NCBI RefSeq assembly: GCF_006345805.1
Contig: NW_021835994.1
Coordinates: forward strand, 137,843-201,842
Length of the DNA stretch: 64,000 bases
From: Octopus sinensis
Lineage: Eukaryota
Direction: 5' to 3'
Of this stretch, positions 13,152 through 26,000 are shown in pieces; the first letter of the stretch is position 1, and each line of letters begins with the position of its first letter. The notes under the pieces were generated by a model. The model worked only from the letters and a program-made list of their open reading frames with translations, made no database searches and was not told where the DNA came from. A program made the translations under genes and the position numbers.

Positions 13152-15730
13152 CAGCGTTTCCCAAAGTGGGTGCTGCGGCAAATACTAGGGGTGACCCAAA
13201 ATTCGAAAAATTATTTTATTACGTAAGTAAATTATAAAAAGTTGCAATTAGAGATAAAGAAACGAAAATAACTGTACGAATATCTGTTATACGAATTTGT
13301 CAAGTGTTGTGAACAGCTTTTATCAATAGCCGAATGTAGGCTTTGTTTGAAAAAAACTAGCACTTTTACTTGTTCTGAGAAGATAATGAACATAGTGAAA
13401 AGTTCTGTTTATGAAGCACTGACGTCTCTTTCGAAGTAATGACATACTTCTTTTGTGACTTAGATTAGCTATTTAATTGCCAAAATGGGTGAAGCACATT
13501 CGATTGGCTAAATACTGATCAAACCATGCGTAGAAAAGATTCTTCAATATTTTTCGGTAATGATGATTCCAAAAAGATTGAACTAAATTCATTTTCCAAT
13601 AACACGATTAGTAGGAGAATACATGATATGAAAGCAGAACTCGAATAACAGTTAATAACACGGAGAAAAAATTGCTTTTAGTTTGCATGGATGGTTTACC
13701 CATATTAATGATTTTTATTTGTTATTTCTACAATGAATCTATCGAAGATTTTTTTCTTTGTGAGTCGATTAATTTTATTTATTTATTATTTATTAAATCA
13801 AATGAAAATAAATAACAAATATTCAATTGTATCAATAATTATTTTAATGAAACAAATATTTCCTAGATAAACTGTATCAGCGTTATCACTGCGGAACCGG
13901 ATGTCTTAATCGGTCACACAACAAAAATGGGGGAGACAAGATTGACCAGAAGAGACACATGACTTTGTTTGGATTAGTTAGTTCATTGGTAACATGTTCT
14001 TTTTCTGTCTTGTTCTTTCTATAAAAAAGCGTGGACTGCCTGAGCGAGATGGGAGACATGTCAACATGTCGTTTACATTCGCGTAAGGGTTATTTACGAT
14101 TTTTACGAAACTGTATTGATGTTTGTACCAAGAAGAAAAATCAATCACTGAAAAATTTTCTGGAGCGGTTTCTCATATTAAAGAAATAGCTTTAAAATAT
14201 TTTACCAATCACTGTATTCTGCATAGGCACCCATTTGTGTCCAAAAATTTACCTTTTTCTCTGAAAAATGCTCTGAACAATGCTATTAAAATCATATAAA
14301 ATCACGACCACTATAGACGAGATTATTTAAAATTTTATTCGATGAAATGGGCAGTTTTCATACAGTACTATTTCTGCACACTCAAGTTAGATGGCTGTCA
14401 AGAGCAAGGTTTTAAATTGTTTGATTGAATTCAGGGAGGAACTTTAAATATTTTTGAGTCCGCAAAATCTTCAATTTCATCATTTTGTACAAGATCCGAT
14501 TTGGATCCAAAAGATTTCCTACTTAGCAGATATTTTTGAAAAGTTTAATTATTTTAAACTGTCGATACAAACAAAAGAACTGACTATTTTCAATTTCGAA
14601 AAATGTTAATCTATTTTTAACTAAGATAATGTAAAAAATAATTAATTTTTAACTGTGCGAGAAACTGACGCGATCGACAAAGAGTTGGAGCGTAATATCG
14701 CGATAAATATCCACTCAAAAAACCATCTCAATTCGCGGGCGTAATCTGTGAGTGTCGAAATCCGAGACCCGATCTACTGAACAAAGCTGATTGCCTTTTC
14801 CGAACAAAGAACCAGACTTCTCAACTGAGAATGGAAAGAATTGGTACTTCTCCGCAAGTGAAGAGTACTTTCGCATATTTTTACATTCGGCAGTAGTGGC
14901 GATTGATTCAGGGGCGTATGTGGACATCAGCAGGTTCTTGGCGAAATGAGTCTACACACGTGCATTCCAGGAGGGACGACGGGCCGTCTCGAAGCAGGCC
15001 AAACGATGTTGATCAAGGGATGCGCGGAATGACTTAATACGCGATTTAAGGCGAATTTCTTTCCAAGCAAATTGCATTTGCGGGAGGTCCGGAATTTAAA
15101 GACCAAGCGAGTGCCACTTCAGGACGGCCGATGATTACTCCAAAGGCACGTAAAAGATAAAATTATAATTCTATCAGTAAAAAATGCAATATTTGATATC
15201 ATGTGTTAAAGAAAATAATATCAAGTGTTTTGAGCACTTACACGAATATATTGAGCACTACGTTGAACGAGAATTTGTGTGAACTAGTAGATCATTTGGG
15301 ACAATTAAAAGTAAATATAAAAAAAACATTTTCCAGATAAAAAAGTGAATAATGATTGGATTAAGAATCCTTACATAATAGTCAATAAACCAAAAAATAT
15401 TTTTCGCTGAATATCAACAAATAATTTAAATATCAACAGATCACGAATTGAAATAATTGTTAAAAAAAGTTAAATAATTTTTAGATTTTAAACTGAATCA
15501 TTGTTTAGTTTTTGGAGTAAAATACAAAATCAGTATCCTTTATTTTCAGACCAGGATGTCCATGCGCTCTTACCATTTTCGACAACATATTTATCATTTT
15601 CGTTTTCGTTACACACTGCGACCAAAGCAAAATACAGGAATCAATTAGATGCGTTGGTTGACATGAAAGTCCAACTCTCAAGTTTAACTCCTCTTATTAA
15701 ACGACTTTGTAATTGTAAAAAACAATTACA
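13152..15730 (+). mobile_element. Old hAT (Buster/ZBED5-like) relic
   Basis: Left end CAGCGTTTCCCAAAGTGGG preceded by CATTATAA (nnnTAnnn). Degenerate transposase C-terminus LLPFSTTYL...KAKYRNQLD..DMKVQLSS; second copy at 54332-~56500. Confidence 0.75.
14715..15150 (-). mobile_element. 3' fragment of an RLE (CRE-like) non-LTR element nested in the hAT relic
   Basis: WNARV.DSF and AECKNMRKYSSLAEKYQFFPFSVE resemble RLE C-termini; GC-rich island; second copy at ~55390-55830. Confidence 0.5.
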
Positions 15731-16284
15731 CAATATTTTTTTTTTTTTTTCATTTTTTTTAAAAAACTTTTTACAATATTTTTAAAAAACTTTTTACCAA
15801 AAAAATATCACCAAAAAAAACTCTTTGATAAATTAATGAGGTTTTCACCGTGGTCTTAAATAAAATAAAAAATAAATAAAAATAACAGACTAATGGTTAG
15901 TTGTATTTCCTAACATTTAGATATAATTAAAAAATGAAACCAAAATAGTTACTATGAATAGAGTTAAAAAATGTTAAGTTTTTAAATTTTTAGCAATTAT
16001 CTTTTGTCAATAATTAGGTTCAAACTATGTAGGTCACCCTGTCAACAATGAAGGTCGCAGGAGTGGGGCGCGACATATCGGAATTATACTGTCACATCTT
16101 ATGAATGGACAATCCTAATAATCCCACATAGAACACCACCATCCTTCTTACCCGCGATCACTTTCCAGAGAAGAACACAGATTATTTTATCAACCCTTCT
16201 GACCTAACCTTAACTAAAAAAAGTTGAAATCAACAGACAACAAATTTTTAAGCCAAAAAATCCCTAACCAATAATTTCGAGAAC

Positions 16285-16862
16285 TTAGAAAGGCGCAGCA
16301 ATACCGATGATTCCACAGGCAATTCGAGGACCACTATTCCCTGTGATTGGACTCAACTCATGTTTGCCCCTGTTAAGGTCGTCGGCCCACTCGTGCAACT
16401 ACAAATACATCCCTCGCACATACCACGAGTGTCCTCCCAATCACAGAGTGGGGTCCAATCAACTGAATCTGCGCATCACGTACATCCAAATTCGCCACTC
16501 CATCAGAAAATAACAAATTGCCCAAATCACCGACATGTCTGATCAACAGAGAACGGGTACCTCTCTTCGTCAGTAATATCTCCGTGCACTTTTCCGAAGG
16601 GGTTGTAGTGACTACCCGCGGACGTACACCCTGCCAGTTTTGGGGAATGAATGTACCGTTTGTAAGGTCGCCAAATTCGTGGATATGAAACCCGTGTTGT
16701 CCGTCTGCGACTTTTCCGTTGAGAGTGGTGATTTTTCCGAAAATGTGAGTGGTCTCCGAAGCGGACTGTTTTAGTTATTTTAGTTTATACTGCTTGGGAA
16801 AATTTGATAATTCCATGAATATTTAAATCAGGATTTGAGAGCACACAAACAGCGTACGCCAT
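16285..16862 (-). CDS. SOD1: Cu/Zn superoxide dismutase, 159 aa, 4 introns (25, 26, 22, 25 nt); missed by the ORF track
   Basis: Introns 16766-16790, 16631-16656, 16539-16560 and 16399-16423. Spliced protein MAYAVCVL...[27 protein letters not shown]...RHVGDLGN...GRTLVLHE..DDL...[13 protein letters not shown]; all metal ligands, both Cys and the catalytic Arg are present. Confidence 0.96.
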
Positions 16863-17226
16863 GCAACTGAAATTATAATTTATTGCCATATTATTACGTC
16901 TAATAAATATCATTTTTAATTATATACAAAAATTAATTCTTCTAACCTTAGCTGACCTATTCGCTCAAGTTTTGAAATCAAAAAATGTGAGACACATCCA
17001 AATCTACTATAGTTAGCTAGTTAATTTTTTGCGAAGAATAAATTCATCTTCGTTGTTAATCAAGTTTAGAAACTTGAAAGCGAATGCTCATTTACAAACC
17101 CGATATAGTTTGAGTTAATTGCAGTTTTTCCTTTCTGTAGAACTGTTAGGTAAAGTCTAAAAATTCAGCTTTAAGTTTGTTTCATTCTTTATAAAGAGAA
17201 TAACATTCCATTTCCATAAATTTGAT

Positions 17227-17771
17227 CAGTGATTATCAAGCTTCTTTACTCGGGGGCCGCAAATTTAAAAAACAAAATTACAGGGGCCGCAAATAATTTT
17301 TAACAAACATTTCGATGCAAATGTTTCGATTGCCGTTTTATATAATTCGCCATCAGAATAAGGCTTCATATTTTTAGCCAATAGGTAACTAATTTTGTAT
17401 GATGTCAGGTTAATATTAGACTAATATGTGCCACTTTTGAAAGTGGATGATCGCTTTAAATAATCTTCTTTCATTTGTTTTAGTTTTTCCGTCCGAGAAA
17501 CACCAGTGATTTGTCATAAAGAATGGAGTGGGAACGGTAGTGCCGTTCGATTGTATACGTTTTTAAAGTTACAATAATAGAATTGCATATTAGGCAAAGA
17601 GCCTTTCCATTGACCTCAATAATGAAATATTTTTCTTCCCAGATGTGTTGAAAAATCCTATTTTCCTTGGAAATTTTTTGAAAACATTAGAATTCGACAT
17701 CACACAACAAATAAAAAATAAATCCTAGGAGCCCCGCAATTAAATCCTGGGGCCGTACTTGAGAGTCACTG
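17227..17771 (-). mobile_element. Non-autonomous hAT (Buster-type) element, 545 bp
   Basis: TIRs CAGTGATTATCAAG and CAGTGACTCTCAAG, with an exact 8-bp TSD AATTTGAT on both sides and GGGGCCGC subterminal repeats. The interior is a transposase N-terminus (WEEKYF..VNGKALCLIC) related to that at 47.3 kb. Confidence 0.92.
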
Positions 17772-19221
17772 AATTTGATAATTGACTTGCCTTTTATTTA
17801 ATAATTCCAAAACTTTTCTTTATAACATGGAACGAGTTTATTAACACAAAATAAAATGTGGAATTATACAAATTGAGACATCATCGACTTTTACCAACAG
17901 TTACATTTATTGAATAAAGTTTAGATTTATCATCAATTGTTTTGTTTTTATTGAAAATTTGGACATTTTCTGAAAATAAATTTCAAACCCAGTTTGTGAC
18001 AGTATAGTTTGTGACAGTCCGTTAGGTTATCCTAATAAAATTTTCATATAAAATTTATCGTTAATTTAAATAAAAAATTATTTTTATTATGGATTTATGA
18101 AAATTAATCAATTTTAGCTAATCGAGAAATATGAATTCCGTGTAACCGCTCACCGTCCTCCTTTTCGATAACATAGAGATCATTTCTTCGCTCGACAACA
18201 ATATACTTATTAACATCAAGTCCATCGTACAGCGATACTGCCGAACATTGGCATCGTTGTCCTGTCTAAAAATTAATTTGACGCTTGAGACCTTAAAAGC
18301 ACAGTCGTTCCGACATTGATATTTTCTTCGTCGTATCTCCATTTTCTTTTTTTCAATCATTTTTCGCCAGCAATAATTAAGTTTTCTAATGCACTTTCTC
18401 GTGCCTCTGATAATCCAGTTGAATCATAGGCTAAAAGTTGCTCCATTCCCCCTTCATCAATCCTTCCAGGATTTTCAACACCCATGAATATATAAAAAGG
18501 GATTTTTTTTGTCGAAGAATGAATGCTGTTATTGTAATCATACACGATGTCCTTTATGCATTCGCGATATCGTCCAAAACAATTTTGAGAAGAACTTGCC
18601 GACGATATCCAGCGTTTTATGCTTTGATTAAATCTACAAATCGATTTTAAATCATTAACCTTTCGACTTGCCCTTGTACCCAAGGAGCACGAGGCCTCCC
18701 ACGTACATGTTTTATACCATATTTCGTACATAGAGCATCCATTTGCGAATTGCAAATTCCTTTCCATTATCAGTGTGTAGAATAAGCGGAGGCCCGACAT
18801 AATAAAAAATTCTTTGGAATAAATCTGCGATTTCTTCAGAAGATTTGGTCACCGACAGTTCAAGCATTACATATTTGGAAAAAGAATCCACAATTACCAA
18901 AATCTATTTATTAACATTAAATTCATACCCAGCTAAAGCCATCATTCAACGCCGAATATCTTCTGAGGTCAATTAAATCCGCAATGTATCTGTCCCTACA
19001 TCTCCTTGCAATGATTGGCGTAATCGGAGGCTTCGTAGACAATAATTTTTTCGACTAAGAATATTTACTAAAAGGAGTTATTACCTGACAGAAAGCACAA
19101 TTCGAAATCACCTTAGAGATTTCTTCTCTATTCAATCCATAATAGAGATTTCTTAATTTCGAAAAAAGCCGGTCTCTCCCAAAGTGGTTATAGTTATGTT
19201 CCGCCTAAATTTTATTTATTA

Positions 19222-21268
19222 CTAGCTCAGCAGTTCGCTTCGCTCACTGCGAGCTAGCTCCTGCGGAGGCCCTGCTCGCTACGCTCGCAGTTTCCTTAAA
19301 TAACTATAAATTTATGTAGATATATAAATGCGACCTGCTGTGATATAACCTTATTCTAAGGCCTGTGGATAAACGATGTTTGCAGTCCGTCCATCCTTGG
19401 CAAATATAAATAAATTTTCTCTTCTACCTACCCTTGAGCAACAGGCAAGAAAGCGACACACAAAAAGCGACAGGCAAGAAAGCGACACACAAAAAATTTG
19501 ATTAATTACCTTATTAAGCTGACCGTTTTTTCTTCAGCTTCGTTTTTCCTCCTTCGGTTATCTATTAAAAAAATTATTTTTGAATAATAAAAAAGTTTAG
19601 GATAAGAGGCATACCGAAAATAAATTCTATCTTTACGAAAAACTTCTTTTCTTAAGGTCGTCTTCCCTCCTTCGGTTATCTATTGAAAAAATTATTTTTG
19701 AATAATAAAAAAGTTTAGGAAAAGAGGAATACCGAAAATAAATTCATCTTTACGAAAAACTTAACTAAATAGTTAATATTTTTACGCAAATTCTTCTGAT
19801 TGCGCTGTCAATGGGTGGTAAATTGTGTTAATGATTGTCCTAATGTGGTTTCAACTATCAAAGTGTTTTTCAAAATCTGTTAATTGCACACTCTATTCAA
19901 GGTCGTGCGTCAATTTGTGGTAAATTGTGTTAATGATTGTGCTAATGTGGTTTCAACTATCAAAGTGGTTTTTCAAAATCTGTTAATTGCACACTCTATG
20001 ATAATAGCTTTAATTTTGATTCATGGTCGTTAATGATATATGCATTTAATTTTAAAGAGAAAACATAGGATGAATTGAATTTCTTTATCGCGAATAATTG
20101 GGAGTTCATCATTGTTAATATTCTCGCTGTCGTTTTCATCAAGGATATTCTTAATACGTGAGATTTTTGCCTGGAAAGTTTTAATGGACCTCATCATGAA
20201 TGTCGAGGACATCCGCGTTGTTCATTTTAATAAAAATGCAGAAATAATTTTTTGATTTTTTGGCGGGAGGTTTTAAGGACCTCATCATGTAAGTCGAGGA
20301 CATCGTAGTTGTTCATTTTAACCAAAATGCAGAAAATTTTTTTTTAATTTTTTTGGGGGGAGGTTTTAAGGACCTCATCATGTAAGTCGAGGACATCGTA
20401 GTTATTCATTTTAACCAAAATGCAGAAAAATTTTTTTTTAATTTTTTTGGGGGGGAAGGTTTTAAGGACCTCATCATGTAAGTCGAGGACATCGTAGTTA
20501 TTCATTTTAACCAAAATGCAGAAATTTTTTTTTAATTTTTTTGGGGGGGAAGGTTTTAAGGACCTCATCATGTAAGTCGAGGACATCGTAGTTATTCATT
20601 TTAGCCAAAATGCAGAAAAATTTTTTTTTTAATTTTTTTGGGGGGAAGGTTTTAAGGACCTCATCATGTAAGTCGAGGACATCGTAGTTATTCATTTTAA
20701 CCAAAATGCAGAAAATTTTTTTTTAATTTTTTTGGGGGGGAGGTTTTAAGGACCTCATCATGTAAGTCGAGGACATCGTAGTTGTTCATTTTAACCAAAA
20801 TGCAGAAAATTTTTTTTTAATTTTTTTGGGGGGGAAGGTTTTAAGGACCTCATCATGTAAGTCGAGGACATCGTAGTTGTTCATTTTAACCAAAATGCAG
20901 AAAATTTTTTTTTTAATTTTTTTTTGGGGGGGAAGGTTTTAAGGACCTCATCATGTAAGTCGAGGACATCGTAGTTGTTCATTTTAACCCAAAATGCAGA
21001 AATTTTTTTTAATTTTTTTTGGGGGGAAGGTTTAAGGACCTCATCATGTAAGTCGAGGACATCGTAGTTGTTCATTTTGACCAAAACGCAGAAAAATTTT
21101 TTTTAATTTTTTTTGGGGGAAGGTTTTAAGGACCTCATCATGTAAGTCGAGGACATCGTATTGCCAATTTGAAGTTGGTGTGCACACACAGACAGACAGA
21201 CAGACAGACACACAGACAGACACACAGACAGACAGACAGACACACACCATAGCATTTTATTATTAAGA
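19222..21268 (-). mobile_element. Non-autonomous Helitron (subfamily A), 2.05 kb
   Basis: 3' CTAG at 19225-19222 with the same subterminal sequence as 5305-5350, and 5' TCTTAATAAT at 21268. Retains only the last ~30 helicase codons, a (CAGA/CACA)n microsatellite at 21183-21246 and the type A satellite. Confidence 0.92.
20180..21165. repeat. ~96-bp tandem satellite, type A (~10 units)
   Basis: Same unit as 3118-3650 in reverse orientation; units vary mainly in homopolymer lengths. Confidence 0.95.
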
Positions 21269-21983
21269 AGTTGGACCTCAACGCACTTAAGCTTTAATTC
21301 GATTTCATCTTCACAGAAAAAACGCAATTTAAGCCCATTTTTTTCGAAAATATGTTTTTTCCATTTTCAAAATGGAAATTCTTTCCCAATTTTGTGAGCC
21401 TGTATCGCTCATGCCGCTCGATGACGATGTATCAAAGTTGGAGTCTTCATTTCTTTGATTTTGTCCAGTGTTTCCTTAAATAATCTCACTACACGCATGT
21501 TTCACGCTTTTTTAAATAAAAAATAATAATGTGATTCTACTAAAATAAATAATCAATTATTGATTTTTTTCATACTAATTTTTAGATTTCTAATTTTTTC
21601 AGCCATTTGTGACAAGTGTAGATTATTCGGCGTGTATTTTATTCGGACTGTCACAAAAACTTATACAGGATGATCTGAGAATACGTGATAGAAAAAATAG
21701 TTTTTGGTAGAAGAGATTTTTAGTTTTAAAAGAATGTGGATGAAGTCTTAACCATGGATGATCTTAGTTATGTCTTTTTTAAAACACATAATAAACCATG
21801 AGCAACTCTAAAAATACTTTTCAGGAAATTTCTGTGATGTAAATCCTAATTCAGCAAAAGACGACGTAGACCATAAAAAGTAAAACCAGACAATCCTACC
21901 AATCTCCTTCACAAATAAACATTTAGTTGGTCAATATTGAAAAAATTATTAAGAACTAGCTCAGCAGTTCGCTTCGCTCACTG

Positions 21984-23087
21984 CGACCTTTTGTCCTACA
22001 AATATGTTATCACTAATTTCTGGCCATTTCGGATTACACGTAAAAGTGATAAACAGATCCGGAGTTCCGTAATTTCTAACGTATGTCATAGCATCTTGAG
22101 TTCGCTCATGCATATATCTTGGTCCTCCCGTGAATGACGAAGGCAAAATAACCATTTGACCTACATTAGACACATTACCGTCATTCATTATGGCATCTCT
22201 AATGTATATACTCTTCTGCTCTCAGTTTCCGCTGATTCAACCGAATGTAGAGAAGTCTCTCTGCCTCTATTTTCGCATACATATCTACAATAAACTGATT
22301 AAATAACTGGCCTGTACGATGTAGAATGTTGAATTCCTGCTCTCTTATCATCAACCTATAAGAATAAAATTCCATACAACTGGTTTTTTTAGTAGTAGTT
22401 AAACCAGTCGACGGATTAAAATGCATTACCTTAAAATTGTACCCATCCTCTCCTCTCGGAAATAATAATGGGTACTGAAGTGCATCATATGACCGATGTG
22501 TCTCTGAAATTCTCATTAATCCAGTGGATCTCTTGTTTATTATTATGTCTCTCGAGTCATAGTGTTGACCTACTATTAGAATTCCAACCTGGTTTGACGT
22601 TGGTGCGTTTGTATCGACGGTTATGTTCATTTGCAGGTGTCCTATCTGCATGTATAATTACCTTACAATCTTCATCTGCTGTGGATCTCAGAACAGATCT
22701 AAAAGATGAATATACGTGTTGCACATTTGCAACATATTTTGTAACGAACTAATAATGTTGCCTCGTAGTCTTGAATCTGCTAGACATCTTCGGTTAGATT
22801 GTTCTTCGTGATTATCTATAAAGTAAATTTGTAAAAATTTAAAATCCTCGCCTTCACTTGGAAGGAGTGAACCCATCCTGTGATACACTTGCCCAAGTAC
22901 CTTAAATGTGGGCATATAGCCCGTCGGATTGAAATTTCCACTTGTACCAAAAGATGTCATCTGAAAAACATTATTGTACCTGCGAATATTATCAACGAAG
23001 TGCCTAGATGATGGTGTATCATTCCTCAACAGTGTTAAAGAGGCTCAGGAGGCGGGTCTAAAACTGGTAAACGTACCTTTCCGCGAC
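21984..23087 (-). repeat. 1.1-kb internal duplication of Rep sequence 25611-26715
   Basis: Near-identical text; it replaces the helicase C-terminus and is capped directly by the 30-bp 3' terminus. Confidence 0.93.
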
Positions 23088-26000
23088 CAACCTTGTACCA
23101 TTGCATAATTTAGGTGGCGCAAGATTGCGGAGTAACACAACCGGTACACCTATTTTTAATTTCAATAGATGATTCGGCATTCCAGATGGATCTAAGGAAT
23201 TTAAAAATTCTACAGGATATTCGCAGGCCCTTTCATGGTCCATAATAACGTCGACCGATTTATATATTCTTTCTCTGCCAGGGATTTTCATTAATAAATC
23301 TAAATTTATATTAAGTACCTCATCATTAAGTGGAGCTAATATAGCTCGTTCACGCAGCCAGTCGAAATTCACGTAGTGTTCAGATAGTTCGGAATAGACG
23401 GCATTCAATAATTCTTCTGCTGTTTCTACGAAAATACATAATTCTTCCGTAGCCTAATTTTCTGGTCTTGCATTTCTGAAGTGATTGCCCCATTTCCAAT
23501 ATCTAGAAGGATTTGGGGGAATATGCTATTAACGCCTTGTAAATGTGCACGTACATTTACATCTAAGCTTACCTTTTTCACGTGTGTCCACAAATATGAC
23601 GATTTGAGGCAGGCATTCAATTCATCCGCAGGCGTCCCTCTTTGAATAATTGGCAGCGTCTGTCTAAAATCACCTGCCAATACAACTATTGCTCCCCCAA
23701 ATAAATGGTCGCTACAATTCTTGATATCTCTATATGTTCGATCAACTGCTTCGAATGCGCCTTTATGAGCCATCGTACATTCATCCCAAACAATTAACCT
23801 AGAATGCATAATTCTATTACCCGTAGTTGAATTTTTTTTTACATTACAAACCGGTTCAGTAGTATATGAGAGATTCAACGGAATGTTGAATGTCGAATGT
23901 GCGGTTCGACCGCCATCTAAAAGAGTTGCAGCAATTCAGAAGATGCAACTGCTAAAGCTAGTTTATTTTCGCTTCTGACCTTAGCTAATAATAGATTTAG
24001 AAGATAGGTCTTACCTGTTCCACCCGGTGCATCAATAAAAATGATAGAACCGTTTTCTTCTTGGATGACTCGATTAATTTCTCTGTATACCTCCAACTGG
24101 CCAGTGGTTAAGCTTTGTTCTCTTTCTTCCACTATTGTTCGAAGTTCTTCTAAATTATAATGCTCATCAAATGAATTAATATTATGAATATCGCTGATTA
24201 TAAAACCAAATTCACCTACACTCTTACCAACGATAGATATTAGCAATCTATCTATCATGATTAATCCAATGTTGAAAATCTCTGCATCGAAACTCAATCT
24301 ATTCTTCTCTCTTAATATATCTTCACACATGCTTTCTCGGTGACCTTCCCACAGTTGTTGTGGATTTGCTAACCCACAATGGGCTAGCATCAAAGTAAAT
24401 AAATACCTTAGTCGCGATGGGGAATCTGCAAGTTCAGCTTCTGTTAAAGTCTGATTCCAGTGATTATCATCCTCTAAAAGACCTAATTTAAAACAGGCTT
24501 CTCTGTATGTTTCGCAGAGTACTCCATCTACAGTCCGTAGATCAGTGAAAGATTCTGGCCCTCGTACGGTGTGCAAAAGTAACCTAACACAATAACATTC
24601 AAAATTATTTGGATGCACTGTATATACTCTACCCAATGCATCTGCACTTACAATTCCTGAATGTCCATTTACTGGATTTCCTCTTATCCTTCTCTTAAAT
24701 CTCTTCCCCGCGACATCCCATGTATAATATCTAGGAACATCAACATAATATATAGTCTTTGCAAATTGATCTGTACGACATAATTCGAAGAATGCCATCA
24801 GAGTTGAATTTCTTGCATTTGTAACTTGATTGCGTGCATTCTGCTCTGTGAAATAAATTCTTTGCCCATTTTCCAGGTGAACCCCTAAATGCATAACCAA
24901 TGGATATCTTTCATGAATCGGATATCCAAAAATTCTCCATGCTCCTTCATTACTGCAGATATAGCGTCCATGTTGATAAAAAGTTGGCTCATCACGTTGC
25001 TCTATTGAAAAGATTGCCTGATCTGACCCTTTATTAATGTACTTACATACATATTTAATTGATCTAATTGAATTACAAAATTCCACATTGATATGTGCAT
25101 CAAAAATCTTACTTAATAGTGGATTATAAGGCACTATCCATCTGTTATCAACTGTTATTTCATTTTCTTTTCCTTCGTGGAGGGTTGCAGTATATCCTCC
25201 TTCAGCTGCTCCCCTTCTCTGGTAAAATGGAAATCCATTTTCACCTGTTTGCGTGTTAATTATTAAGTTTTTTGGGTACCCTTTAGAACACTTACCATCT
25301 TGCATACACGGTGATGATCTGTTATATATGCCACACGGACCATGTATCATATTTCTTTTGATGATCTCGTATAATTCTCTATCTTCATTTGGATTTGGCA
25401 ATTCTGCCCGTATGCAATCGTCTATCTCTGTAGGCCTAATTTTAGTTACTAACCATACTAATATATGTATATGTGGTAAACCTCTTTTTTGCCACTCTAC
25501 TGTATACATGTGGCATCTTGTCTTCCCAAAAATCTGTCCCTTGCATAGAAGATCAATCATCTTATCGACTTTTTGTTTAAAAACACGTGCTATGATGTCT
25601 TGTCTATACTCGACCTTTTGTCCTACAAATATGTTATCACTAATTTCTGGCCATTTCGGATTACACGTAAAAGTGATAAACAGATCCGGAGTTCCGTAAT
25701 TTCTAACGTATGTCATAGCATCTTGAGTTCGCTCATGCATATATCTTGGTCCTCCCGTGAATGACGAAGGCAAAATAACCATTTGACCTACATTAGACAC
25801 ATTACCGTCATTCATTATGGCATCTCTTAGATGTATATACTCTTCTGCTCTCAGTTTCCGCTGATTCAACCGAATGTAGAGAAGTCTCTCTGCCTCTATT
25901 TTCGCATACATATCTACAATAAACTGATTAAATAACTGGCCTGTACGATGTAGAATGTTGAATTCCTGCTCTCTTATCATCAACCTATAAGAATAAAATT

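Larger units (their letters stand above)
18010..21655 (-). mobile_element. Ginger-like TIR transposon with a Gypsy-type DDE integrase, interrupted by a Helitron
   Basis: Inverted termini TGTGACAGTCCG (18010) and CGGACTGTCACA (21655). The integrase has HNYNH..CAFC (HHCC), IVDSFSK, HTDNG and GRPRAPWVQGQVER, with three tiny introns. No TSD recognised. Confidence 0.8.

Noticed and set aside
16307-16542. Plus-strand ORFs of 68 and 60 aa (and 57076-57490)
   Set aside because: Antisense to the intron-split SOD1 gene.
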